NCBI GenBank assembly: GCA_041743405.1 | Contig: JBGTMU010000172.1 | Location: 1-27,135 of the forward strand | DNA: 27,135 nucleotides | From: Longimicrobiales bacterium | GTDB taxonomy: Bacteria; Gemmatimonadota; Gemmatimonadetes; Longimicrobiales; Gaopeijiaceae | Direction: 5' to 3' | Shown here: piece after piece, positions 7,220 through 15,741 of the stretch | How positions within the stretch are numbered: position 1 is the first letter of the stretch | How the letters are laid out: the number at the start of each line of letters is the position of its first letter | Position numbers and translations under genes: made by a program | The notes under the pieces: model-generated | The model's input: only the letters and a program-made list of their open reading frames with translations | What the model was told of the DNA's origin: nothing | The model's database searches: none

Positions 7220-8623
7220 CTATCCTCCCGGGCACAGCTCCTCGTATCCGGCCCTGCAGAACTCGACCTTCCCCCCGATCATCGTCATTCGCACTTCAAT
7301 GGACCGAAGTGACTCGGAAGGCGTGGTCAGAGGGTTCTCCGAAACCACGATGAGGTCCGCGAACTTCCCCGGGGAGAGGCTGCCCACCACCCCGTCCATG
7401 TGAAGCGCATAGGCCGCATTCACGGTCATCATCCGGAGCGCCTCCTGCACGGTCACGGCACCGGCCTCCAGCCAGTCAGGCGCTTCACATACGCTCCCGT
7501 CGGGCCTCAGCTCGTCGCGGGTGACGAGCGACCAGAGATGGACGAAGGGTTCGAGGGGCCAATGCCCCGGTGCGTCGCTCTTCCAGGCGACGGGGAGCCC
7601 GGGATTGGCGTCGATCAGCGCGCGCCAGGGATCCAGGCGGGGACGAAGGCTGGTGTAGGGCTCGCGAGCGAGGAAGCTCCAGTCCCCCCCGTCCTCGATA
7701 GGGCATGTGAACGGACTCCCGAACACGACAGGGATCACGCCCACCTCGGAATAGCGGGGAAACTGATGGGAGCGCAGGTAGCGGTTGTGATCCATCCGGT
7801 GACGGCGAGTGTTTGGAGCCCCCTGGAGCAGGGTCTCGATCGCGGCGAGCGCCGTGTCCACTGCGATATCTCCAAGGGCATGGATGAGCGCCTGGTATCC
7901 ACGCTGTTCGACCGCTTCGAGGGCGGTAGCCAGCTCTGTGGCCGTGAAGTACAGGTCTCCACCGTCGGCGAAGAAGGTGAAGGCGCCCCGGTTGCACGCA
8001 CCTCCGTCGGTGAAGAACTTCACCCCGGGAATGCGGAACAGCGCGTTCGGATCGGTGATCGGCGGGTGTGCCAGGTACCACCCGGCGGGCCAGGGGTCGC
8101 CGCAGAAGCTGTTGTATCCGAGGTAGACACTGGTCCGGGCGCGGAGCCCTCCCCCATCGACCCATTCCCGGAAGTGGGAGAAGGCGTCCGGCCAGATGTT
8201 CCCTTTCGCGAGGGTGGTCGTGCCCGCGGCGATCAGGCGGGACTGCGCCTCTTCGTATGACGTACCTACCCGGTCTTCCGACTGCCCGAGGAAGACTGCG
8301 TTGTATACGTGATTGTGGGGGTCCACGAAACCGGGCATCACCGTGTGACCGGCGAGGTCCACTCTGACCGCTCGCGCTCCGGCACGAGCCAGCATCGCTG
8401 CGCGTGAGCCCGTCTCCAGTACCCGGTCATCCTGAACAAGCACCGCTTCGTCAACCCGCCCCACGGGATCCATCGTGATCACGGAACCCCCGAAGAACAC
8501 GATCGCGTTCTCGAGCGGTGGGTCTGTGGGGACCTCAACCGGATCGGAGTCGCCGCAGCCGAACGCGACCGCTCCGAGAATCAGCGGAACCGTCCAAAGC
8601 ACCCCCCGAACGACAGTCAGCAT
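7220..8623 (-). CDS. Amidohydrolase-family (metal-dependent hydrolase, amidohydrolase_3-like) lipoprotein
   Basis: 467 aa. N-terminal signal peptide with a lipobox-like AFGC. Metal-binding HxH motif in MPGFVDPHNHV. C-terminal amidohydrolase-like region with conserved His and Asp (HALGD, HMDGVVGS). SD GGGGGAAAGGG lies upstream. Only 13 nt separate it from the NRAMP stop. Confidence 0.8.
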   Translation of the reverse strand: MLTVVRGVLWTVPLILGAVAFGCGDSDPVEVPTDPPLENAIVFFGGSVITMDPVGRVDEAVLVQDDRVLETGSRAAMLARAGARAVRVDLAGHTVMPGFVDPHNHVYNAVFLGQSEDRVGTSYEEAQSRLIAAGTTTLAKGNIWPDAFSHFREWVDGGGLRARTSVYLGYNSFCGDPWPAGWYLAHPPITDPNALFRIPGVKFFTDGGACNRGAFTFFADGGDLYFTATELATALEAVEQRGYQALIHALGDIAVDTALAAIETLLQGAPNTRRHRMDHNRYLRSHQFPRYSEVGVIPVVFGSPFTCPIEDGGDWSFLAREPYTSLRPRLDPWRALIDANPGLPVAWKSDAPGHWPLEPFVHLWSLVTRDELRPDGSVCEAPDWLEAGAVTVQEALRMMTVNAAYALHMDGVVGSLSPGKFADLIVVSENPLTTPSESLRSIEVRMTMIGGKVEFCRAGYEELCPGG

Positions 8624-8636
8624 CCCTTTCCCCCGG

Positions 8637-9857
8637 TCAGAGCACCCCGAACGCAGTGAGGACGCCCCGGAGCCCCAGCCCCAGCGCCACGAGGCACACG
8701 ATCACTCCGGCAGCGTTTGCCCAGCGGCCATTTGCGAGTTCTCCCATCCACCGTCGGTCATTGACGGCCAGCAGGAGAAAGACCGCGATCGCTGGAAGAA
8801 GCACCCCGTTCGTGGCCTGGGCGAAGAGAATCGCCTCGACAGGCCGTACGCCCGTCGCGGCCATGAGCGCTCCCGCGAGAATCACCCCTCCCCAGACGGC
8901 GCGAAACCGCGACGAACGGAGATCCGCCTTCCACCCGAAGGCGCCAGCCGTGGCGTAGGCGGCAGCGAGAGGCGCGGTGATCGCGGAGGTCATTCCCGCC
9001 GCAAAGAACCCCACCGCAAAGAACGCTCCAGCCCAGGCTCCCAGCAGAGGCTCGAGCTGCTGCGCCATCTCTGCAGCCGTTCCAACCTCCCCGCCCGAGC
9101 CATGGATCGTCCCGGCCGAGGTGATGAGAATCGCCATGCTCACCCCTCCCCCCACCAGGATCGAGAGCACCAGGTCGCGGCGCGCCGCGGGAAGGTCTTC
9201 GGGGCCGGAGAAGCGCTCGCGCACCGTGGAAGCGTGGAGGAAGAGGTTGTAGGGGACGACGGTGGTGCCGATCAGAGCGACGGTGAAGAGAAGCGCGCCT
9301 GGAGGGAGTTCCGGCACGAAGAGCCCGCGAAGGAGGTCAGGGATGGGAGGAAACACGAGCAGGGCGGTGACCATGAAGACCACGGCCATGACGCCGACCA
9401 TCCCCATGAGAAAGCGCTCGAGCAGCCGGTAGCTCCCCGTCCAGAGGAGCGCCGCCGCGGCCGCCGCGATCCCGAGCGCCCAGAGGTTCGGGGCCCCTCC
9501 CGCGATCGACTCCACCCCGAGCGCGGCGCCCAGCAGATTCCCGGTCTCGTAGGCGGCATTTCCAATCGCGATCGCCCCTACGATCAGGATGATCGAAGCG
9601 ATCCGGAGGAGCGGGCGGGCGAATCGACGCCTCACCGCTTCTCCCAGTCCGAGCCCCGTAACCACGCCGAGTCGGGCCGACATCTCCTGCAGGATCAGGG
9701 TGGCGATGGTGGAGAAGAGGAGTGCCCAGAGGAGGGTCAGCCCGAAGCGGGCACCCGCGAGCGTCGCGGTGGTGACGGTTCCCGGGCCGATGAAGGCCGC
9801 GGCGACAATCCAGCCCGGGCCGGATCGGCCGGATCGTTCTGGGGAGGTCGTTTCCAT
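8637..9857 (-). CDS. mntH: NRAMP-family divalent metal cation transporter (MntH-like)
   Basis: Highly hydrophobic protein with about 11 TM helices. NRAMP consensus-like N-terminal region AAAFIGPGTVTTATLAGARFGLTLLWALLFSTIATLILQEMSARLGVVTG. I prefer the start at METTSPERSG (9857). The ORF-track start at 10133 would add 92 aa of low-complexity sequence. Start confidence is moderate. Confidence 0.75.
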   Translation of the reverse strand: METTSPERSGRSGPGWIVAAAFIGPGTVTTATLAGARFGLTLLWALLFSTIATLILQEMSARLGVVTGLGLGEAVRRRFARPLLRIASIILIVGAIAIGNAAYETGNLLGAALGVESIAGGAPNLWALGIAAAAAALLWTGSYRLLERFLMGMVGVMAVVFMVTALLVFPPIPDLLRGLFVPELPPGALLFTVALIGTTVVPYNLFLHASTVRERFSGPEDLPAARRDLVLSILVGGGVSMAILITSAGTIHGSGGEVGTAAEMAQQLEPLLGAWAGAFFAVGFFAAGMTSAITAPLAAAYATAGAFGWKADLRSSRFRAVWGGVILAGALMAATGVRPVEAILFAQATNGVLLPAIAVFLLLAVNDRRWMGELANGRWANAAGVIVCLVALGLGLRGVLTAFGVL

Positions 9858-10047
9858 TCCGGTTTCTCGGTACGTTCGAGAGGGGGAGAGGATCGTTGAA
9901 CAAGTAGAGGGACCATAGCGCCCTGCGGCCGGGCTGGACAGTTTGGCGGCGCTGGACGGAAGCGGGCCGCACCGCGTCGCCCTCGGCCGGCCTGGACAGC
10001 TCGCCGAGGCAGGGTCGTCCTGATCCCCTTCCGGAACCGAACACCCG

Positions 10048-11148
10048 ATGCGGGGTCCGGAGGACCTCCCTCCGAACGGCCCACTTCGGACTTCGGTACC
10101 TGTTCCTTTCGAATTCAGATTCTTCGTGCCCACTCCCGACCCCTCCCTCCCCGCAGCCGAACTCCCAGTCGATATCGCGGTGGTCGGCGCCGGCCCATGC
10201 GGGATCGCGGTGGGAGCCGCGGCTCGGAAGGCCGGGCTCTCGTGCGTGCTCTTCGACCGCGGCCCGGTCTGCGCCTCGCTCCTCGACTACCCCCCGTACA
10301 TGTCCTTCTTCTCCACCTCCGAGAAGCTCGAGGTGGGCGGCGTTCCGTTCATCACCGCGGAGAAGAACCCGACGCGGAAGGAGGCACTCGCCTACTATCG
10401 TCGGGTGGCAGAGCACTTCGAGCTGGATATTCGTCAGTACCAGGATGTCGAGGAGATCGCCGGCGAGCTCGGGGACTTTCGCCTCATTACGGAAGATCGA
10501 TCCGGGGATCGCACGACGATCCGGGCCCGCCGGGTAGTCATCGCCACAGGGGGTTTTCACGAACCCAACTTCCTCGATGTGCCGGGCGAGGAACTTCCAC
10601 ATGTTTCCCACTACTACATGGAAGCGCATCCCTTCTGGCAGCAGGACGTCGTGGTGGTGGGAGGGGGCAACTCCGCGGTGGAGACGGCACTCGAGCTGTA
10701 CCGCGGCGGAGCCAGGGTGTCCCTCGTTCACTTCGGGGAGACGCTCGATCGCGGGGTCAAACCGTGGGTCGTCCCCGACATCACGAACCGCCTTGAGAAG
10801 GGAGAGATCCCAGTGCACTGGCGGCACAGGATCGTGGAGATCCATCGTCGGTCGGTAACAGTGAGGGAGGAGACAACCGGAGAGGAAAGCGAGATCCCGG
10901 CCGACTGGGTGCTCGCGATGACGGGGTGGCGAGCCGACCCCACGATGCTGCTGGAGCTTGGCGTCCCCGTGGACCCCGTCACGGGCATCCCCGCACACGA
11001 TCCGGAAACCATGGAAACGCCGGTCCCGGGGATCCACATTGCGGGAGTGCTCGCGGCCGGACACGATGCGAACAAGATCTTCATCGAGAATGGGCGGATG
11101 CATGGGACACTTATCGCTGCAAGGGCACGGGGGCCCCAGGCCCCGTAA
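10048..11148 (+). CDS. ypdA: YpdA-family FAD/NAD(P)-binding disulfide reductase (putative low-molecular-weight-thiol disulfide reductase)
   Basis: Rossmann motif VVGAGPCGIAVGAA. A second dinucleotide-binding motif VVVVGGGNSAVETALEL. Strong collinear similarity to Bacillus YpdA: SFFSTSEKLEVGGVPF versus TFFSSSDKLSIGDVPF; MEAHPFWQQDVVVVGGGNSA versus KEAHPYFDQDVVIIGGKNSA; IAGVLAAGHDANKIFIENGRMHG versus IAGVIAAGNDANTIFIENGKFHG. The start is uncertain: ATG 10048 or the in-frame GTG at 10126. Confidence 0.8.
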   Translation: MRGPEDLPPNGPLRTSVPVPFEFRFFVPTPDPSLPAAELPVDIAVVGAGPCGIAVGAAARKAGLSCVLFDRGPVCASLLDYPPYMSFFSTSEKLEVGGVPFITAEKNPTRKEALAYYRRVAEHFELDIRQYQDVEEIAGELGDFRLITEDRSGDRTTIRARRVVIATGGFHEPNFLDVPGEELPHVSHYYMEAHPFWQQDVVVVGGGNSAVETALELYRGGARVSLVHFGETLDRGVKPWVVPDITNRLEKGEIPVHWRHRIVEIHRRSVTVREETTGEESEIPADWVLAMTGWRADPTMLLELGVPVDPVTGIPAHDPETMETPVPGIHIAGVLAAGHDANKIFIENGRMHGTLIAARARGPQAP

Positions 11149-11184
11149 CGGGGTGGAAGTATCCGGGTGGCGGAGCGAGGGAGC

Positions 11185-11246
11185 TTCGGGGGAAGGCGGG
11201 GAATTTCGGGGGAAGGCGGAGGAATTTCGGGGGGAGGTGGAGGCAT
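11185..11246 (+). repeat. Three imperfect 20/21-nt direct repeats, each carrying a GGAGG or GAAGG Shine-Dalgarno-like core, immediately upstream of the aspartic protease start
   Basis: ttcgggggaaggcggggaat / ttcgggggaaggcggaggaat / ttcggggggaggtggaggcat, followed by catg. The third unit ends 1 nt before the ATG at 11248. Confidence 0.7.
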
Positions 11247-11247
11247 C

Positions 11248-12387
11248 ATGGGTGGAGCGGCGCAGGAAATGATCAGGCGCGGATGGGCACTCGCCGCCGT
11301 GTTCCTCACCACCGCCTGCGTCTCCTACGCCGCCTCGCCCTCCCCTGAACGCGTCCGCCTCCCCGAGCTGGAGGGCCCCTACACCCTCCCATCCGAAATG
11401 TGTGGGGGCTACTTCATCGTGGACGGCTGGCTGAACGGCACCGGCCCCTGGCCTCTGCTCCTGGACTCCGGAGCCGGACGAACCGTGCTGGACCCGACGG
11501 TTCGCGAAGCAGCCGGAATCCGCTGGAGAGCCGATTCCCTCCGGATCGGAGAGTTCGAGGCGTTCCGATTCGGGGCAGGGGAGCTCGAGATGACGGCCCT
11601 CAGCTCCGCGCTCGGAAGGGAGATCGTCGGGATCCTCGGTCACCCGGTCTTCGCAGGCGTACTCATGACCTGGGACCCGAAGAACCGCGCCATTCTCCTG
11701 GAACGAGGGGAACTGGATCGGGGAATGGACGGCGTGTTCCCGGCACGGGACGATTCCCGTCCCTGGGTGGGGTCGGTGATCGGAGGGGACACGCTCTGGG
11801 TGCTCATCGACACCGGCTCTTCGAGAGGGCTCACCCTCCGGAACCCGGAACGTCTCGACTACCTGAGCCCCCTCACCCCCACCGGGGCGCGAGAGCGATT
11901 CGATGGGACCCATCTGGTCACCTCCGGACGGCTCGCCACCGACGCGCGTATCGGTCCCCTCGTCGTCGCCACCCCGGTAGTGAACAATTCGGTGAGCGTC
12001 GACCTCGTGGGACAGGAAATCCTCGAGTACGCCCGGATCACCTTCGATCAGCGAAACGACCTCATCCGGTTCGAGCGAGTGAACGGCGACCCTTCCATGC
12101 TGATTCCGAGCCCCCCGGTGCGGAGCTCGGGCTACGCGGTGCGCCCTGGCCCCTCCGGGGCGGAAGTGATCCATCTCTTCGACGGGCTTGCTCCGGAGGG
12201 AATCGAGGTCGGAGACGTGATCGTCAGCGTGAACGGCGTCCGATGGACGGAACGAGGGTGTCCGGGCGCGCGCCCATCGGATGGTGATACCCCTCCCACC
12301 GTGGAAATCCAGCGGGGCGACTCCATTTTCATCCGTACCATTCCGGTTCATATCCTGCACGGGCCACCTGGAGGGGATCGATTCTGA
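11248..12387 (+). CDS. Secreted two-lobed retropepsin-like (clan AA) aspartic protease with a C-terminal PDZ domain
   Basis: Start chosen at MGGAAQEMIRRGWALAAVFLTTACVSYAASP, a signal peptide with a Cys near the cleavage region. The ORF-track start at 11167 would add a Gly-rich stretch encoded by the upstream repeats. Two catalytic Asp motifs lie in one chain: LLLDSGAGRTVL and VLIDTGSSRGLTL. PDZ-like C-terminus GIEVGDVIVSVNGVRW. Confidence 0.75.
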   Translation: MGGAAQEMIRRGWALAAVFLTTACVSYAASPSPERVRLPELEGPYTLPSEMCGGYFIVDGWLNGTGPWPLLLDSGAGRTVLDPTVREAAGIRWRADSLRIGEFEAFRFGAGELEMTALSSALGREIVGILGHPVFAGVLMTWDPKNRAILLERGELDRGMDGVFPARDDSRPWVGSVIGGDTLWVLIDTGSSRGLTLRNPERLDYLSPLTPTGARERFDGTHLVTSGRLATDARIGPLVVATPVVNNSVSVDLVGQEILEYARITFDQRNDLIRFERVNGDPSMLIPSPPVRSSGYAVRPGPSGAEVIHLFDGLAPEGIEVGDVIVSVNGVRWTERGCPGARPSDGDTPPTVEIQRGDSIFIRTIPVHILHGPPGGDRF

Positions 12388-12503
12388 CGAGAGATCCCTG
12401 CCTGCCCCCCCGCACCCGCCCTTCGCGTTGCTGGTCCGTTCGCAGCGCTCTACCTTGAGCCGCAGCCGGGTCCAGTCTGCACCATTTTGACGGGGAGTGT
12501 CCG

Positions 12504-13703
12504 ATGCGCACCTTCCAGAACCCACTCGTACGAAGCCTCGGCGGAGGATGCGCTCTCGTGCTCGTCGGGTACCTCGCCTTTTTTACCCCGCTCGGTTCAT
12601 CCCCTGCTTCGCCCGCACAGGACCCGCTCTCCGCTCCCTTCGTGGGCGTGACCACCGACAGCACCGTGGTTCCGGGGCTCTTCGCCATTCAGGCAACCGG
12701 CGTTTCGACGGAACCGGTTCGGGCTGCCGCTGAGCGCTTTCTCGACGCCCTCACCGCAGACCAGCGTTCGGCCACAGCCTTCCCCGTGGATGACATCGAA
12801 TGGCGCCTCTGGCAGAACATTCATCGATACACGCGGCAGGGAGTGTCCTTCGAGGAGATGTCCGAGGCCCAGCGCGAGGTGGCTTTCGACCTGATGCGGG
12901 CAGGCCTCAGCGCCCGCGGATTCGAACAGACGCGCAACATCATGCGCCTGAACGGCTATCTCGCCGATGTCCTCGAGCGGTGGGGTGAGTATGGTGAGTT
13001 CCTCTATCACCTCACGGTGATGGGCGAGCCTCACGCCACGGAACCCTGGGGATGGCAGCTCGACGGGCACCATCTGGTCATCAACTACTTCGTCCTGGGC
13101 GATCAGGTCGTGATGACGCCGACCTTCATGGGGTCGGAGCCCGTGTCCGCACAGACGGGGCAGTACGCCGGAGCCGAGGTGCTGCAGGAGGAGCAGACTC
13201 TCGGGCTCGAGTTGATGCGGGCGCTCCGACCCGATCAGCGGGCGCGCGCGGTCCTGGACGAAGCAAAGACCCGGAACAACGCGCAGGCGCAGGCCTTCCG
13301 GGACAACCTCGTGCTCGAGTACGCCGGGCTTCGGGGCGACGAGATGGACCCGATGCAGAGGACTCGCCTTCTCGAGCTGATCGGGATCCATGTCGGGAAC
13401 ATGGCCGATGGCCACGCCCGGGTGCGCATGGAGGAAGTGCAGCGCCACCTGGACGGTACCTGGTTCGCCTGGATCGGCGGATCCGGAACGGACGACACCT
13501 TCTACTACCGCGTACACAGCCCCGTCATCCTCATCGAGTTCGACCATCAGCTCCCGGTGGCCCTGCCGGGCGAGCGGGTCCCCGGCCGACGCCACATCCA
13601 CACGGTGGTCCGCACCCCGAACGGGAATGATTACGGGAAGGACCTTCTGCGTCAGCACTACGAGGCGCACGCGAACGACGCGGCCCACGGGCACGCGCAC
13701 TGA
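12504..13703 (+). CDS. DUF3500-family secreted protein with a His-rich C-terminal tail
   Basis: 399 aa. N-terminal signal peptide ALVLVGYLAFFTPL. Conserved-looking C-terminal block FYYRVHSPVILIEFDHQ...HIHTVVRTPNGNDYG, as in DUF3500. Assignment is from memory of the family. Ends in HANDAAHGHAH. An SD GGGGAG lies upstream. Confidence 0.75.
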   Translation: MRTFQNPLVRSLGGGCALVLVGYLAFFTPLGSSPASPAQDPLSAPFVGVTTDSTVVPGLFAIQATGVSTEPVRAAAERFLDALTADQRSATAFPVDDIEWRLWQNIHRYTRQGVSFEEMSEAQREVAFDLMRAGLSARGFEQTRNIMRLNGYLADVLERWGEYGEFLYHLTVMGEPHATEPWGWQLDGHHLVINYFVLGDQVVMTPTFMGSEPVSAQTGQYAGAEVLQEEQTLGLELMRALRPDQRARAVLDEAKTRNNAQAQAFRDNLVLEYAGLRGDEMDPMQRTRLLELIGIHVGNMADGHARVRMEEVQRHLDGTWFAWIGGSGTDDTFYYRVHSPVILIEFDHQLPVALPGERVPGRRHIHTVVRTPNGNDYGKDLLRQHYEAHANDAAHGHAH

Positions 13704-13705
13704 AC

Positions 13706-14308
13706 ATGCTCCCCCTCTACCTCTTTCTCTTCATCGTGGGGGGCGGGATCGCCCTCCTTTCGATGGCAGGCGACATCCTGGGTGGCGGCGCCGATCTGGA
13801 CTTCGATCCGGATCTGGACCTCGACGTGGACGCCGGATCCGGTCCCGGCCTCGATGGGTCGTCCATCTGGAAGGCGTTCTCCCTCATGGGGCTGGTCTAC
13901 GGCATCATGGGTGCCGGCGCCACGGGGACGCTTCTGCACCTCCTGTGGGATGGGGATCAGGTGCTTGTCACCGGGCTTCTCGCGGCCGGGGCAGGGGTGG
14001 TCTCCGGCGCCGGGGCCTCACTGATCCTCGGATACCTGAAGAGTTCCGGCTCCGGTGACGTAGCCTCGGAAAGGAGCTTCGAGGGGCTCGCCGCCCAGGT
14101 CCTGCTCCCGATCCAGGGCGAGGTGCCCGGACAGATCCGGATTCGAAAGGGGGCGCGGGAGCACGTGCTCCGCGCCCTTCCCTTCGGATCCGCTTCGCAG
14201 GCGGGGCCTCAACCCGCGACCTGGACCCATGTGGTCGTCGTGGAGGTCCGCGACGGAGTGGCCTATGTGACTCCCGGCGGCCCCGCACTGGACAGCCTGA
14301 ATCCCTGA
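13706..14308 (+). CDS. NfeD-like (YqiJ-like) membrane protein with a C-terminal OB-fold
   Basis: 200 aa. N-terminal TM helix, acidic DLDFDPDLDLDVD linker, further TM helices, and a C-terminal beta-rich segment (QIRIRKGAREHVLRA...VVVVEVRDGVAYVTP) typical of NfeD C-domains. It lies directly upstream of a flotillin gene, the canonical NfeD-SPFH pairing. Confidence 0.7.
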   Translation: MLPLYLFLFIVGGGIALLSMAGDILGGGADLDFDPDLDLDVDAGSGPGLDGSSIWKAFSLMGLVYGIMGAGATGTLLHLLWDGDQVLVTGLLAAGAGVVSGAGASLILGYLKSSGSGDVASERSFEGLAAQVLLPIQGEVPGQIRIRKGAREHVLRALPFGSASQAGPQPATWTHVVVVEVRDGVAYVTPGGPALDSLNP

Positions 14309-14338
14309 AACGCGCTTCCCCCGAACCAAGGAGATTCC

Positions 14339-15655
14339 ATGGGATCCGATCCCATCACCGGCGCAGCAGTCGCCGCCTTCGTCGTCCTGGCCGTCCTGGT
14401 GGTGGCGCTCAAGATCATTCAGGCGCTCATCATCATCGTCCCACCCAACCGCGCAGCGGTGATCACCGGTCGCAACCGGATCTCCGCGGATGGCGAGGCG
14501 ATCGGATACCGGGCCGTGATCGGAGGGCGTACCCTCCGGATCCCGATCATCGAGAAGGTCGACTACGTCTCCCTGGAGACGATCCCGATCGAAATCAGCG
14601 TCTCCAACGCGTTCTCGAAGGGGAACATCCCTCTTCAGGTCGAAGCGATCGCGAATGTGAAGATCGCTTCCGAGCCTGAAACCGTGTTCAACAATGCCGT
14701 GGAACGGCTCCTCGACAAATCCCCGGAACTCATCCGGGATCTGGCCCGCGACACGCTCATGGGGAATCTGCGCGGCGTGCTCGCGACACTCACCCCGGAG
14801 GAAGTGAACGAGGACCGGCTCGGCTTCGCCTCGGCGCTGGCCGCGGATGCGGGTGAGGACCTCGCGGCGCTTGGCTTCCACCTGGACGTTCTCAAGATCC
14901 AGAACGTCCACGATGAGCGGGGATACCTTGCCGCAATCGGACGGAAGAAGTCCGCGCTTGCTGTCCGGGATGCCGAGGTCGCGGAGGCCCAGGCCGAAGC
15001 CGACACGAGGGAGGAAGCCGCATCGGCCCGCCAGCGCGCTGAAGTGAGGGAGGCCGGTGCCGACATCGAGATCGCCGAGGCCCGGAACCGCCTGAGGGTC
15101 CGGCAGGCTCAGCTCGACCAGGAGGCGGAAACCGCCGAGCGCGTGGCCCACGTGAAGGCGGAGGAGGCCGAGGTCATCGCGCAGCGAGCCCTCGAGGCCC
15201 AGAGAGTGGAAAGGGAAAGGGAGCGGCTCCGGGCCGATGTGATCGAGCCGGCTCAGGCGGAGCGCGAAGCCGCCCGCGCCCGGGCCGAGGGAGAGGCCGC
15301 CCCCATTCTGGAGCGAGGGAAGGCGCAGGCCGAGGTGCTCCGCCGCCTCTATCAGGAGGTGCGCGACGGAGGAGAGCATGGGTTCGGAGTGTTCATCGCC
15401 GAGAAGCTCCCGGAGCTGCTCGCGACCTCGGTCGAAGCGGTGAAGGGGATCGAGATCGACCGGCTGGTGGTCATGGATGGAGGCGACGGAAACGGGGTCG
15501 CGAATGCCGCCAACCAGCGGGTGCGGGGGGCCCTCGGCACGCTCGAAGGGCTCGCCGCCACACTGGGGCTCGATCTGGAAGAGATCATCCACGCGGCCAA
15601 CCGGAAGAGCCTCGCCGCGGCGCCAGCGGAAGGAAAGTCGGCGAGCCGGGGGTAG
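14339..15655 (+). CDS. Flotillin / SPFH (band-7) domain protein, YqiK/FloA-like
   Basis: 438 aa. N-terminal TM helix. SPFH domain (VITGRNR...TLRIPIIEKVDYVSLETIPIEISV...). A long Ala/Glu/Arg-rich coiled-coil (EAQAEADTREEAASARQRAEVREAG...) typical of flotillins. Confidence 0.9.
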   Translation: MGSDPITGAAVAAFVVLAVLVVALKIIQALIIIVPPNRAAVITGRNRISADGEAIGYRAVIGGRTLRIPIIEKVDYVSLETIPIEISVSNAFSKGNIPLQVEAIANVKIASEPETVFNNAVERLLDKSPELIRDLARDTLMGNLRGVLATLTPEEVNEDRLGFASALAADAGEDLAALGFHLDVLKIQNVHDERGYLAAIGRKKSALAVRDAEVAEAQAEADTREEAASARQRAEVREAGADIEIAEARNRLRVRQAQLDQEAETAERVAHVKAEEAEVIAQRALEAQRVERERERLRADVIEPAQAEREAARARAEGEAAPILERGKAQAEVLRRLYQEVRDGGEHGFGVFIAEKLPELLATSVEAVKGIEIDRLVVMDGGDGNGVANAANQRVRGALGTLEGLAATLGLDLEEIIHAANRKSLAAAPAEGKSASRG

Positions 15656-15741
15656 GCCGGGGCGTCAGGCAGACCGCAGCATGAGGCAGAGCGCAGCCTC
15701 AGGCAGTCGCGGCGATCGCGCCCTCCCACGCCACGCCCGGT

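Noticed and set aside
8475-9899. 474-aa plus-strand ORF antisense to the NRAMP gene
   Set aside because: It is extremely Arg/Glu/Asp/His-rich low-complexity sequence. The opposite strand encodes an obvious multi-TM NRAMP transporter.
9337-12525. 1062-aa minus-strand ORF spanning the ypdA, aspartic protease and part of the NRAMP region
   Set aside because: It is antisense to three well-supported genes with clear family motifs. Its translation is Arg/Gly/Pro/Asp-rich low-complexity sequence, typical of stop-poor antisense frames in high-GC DNA.
14018-15592. 524-aa minus-strand ORF antisense to the NfeD and flotillin genes
   Set aside because: It is antisense to a canonical SPFH protein and has no motifs. 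It is a GC-rich artefact.
15656-15741. AGGCAG x 3 direct repeats and a GCGATCGC palindrome in the convergent gap between the flotillin and methyltransferase genes
   Set aside because: The motifs are short and GC-rich and could arise by chance. There is no T-tract or longer stem to support a terminator or operator call.
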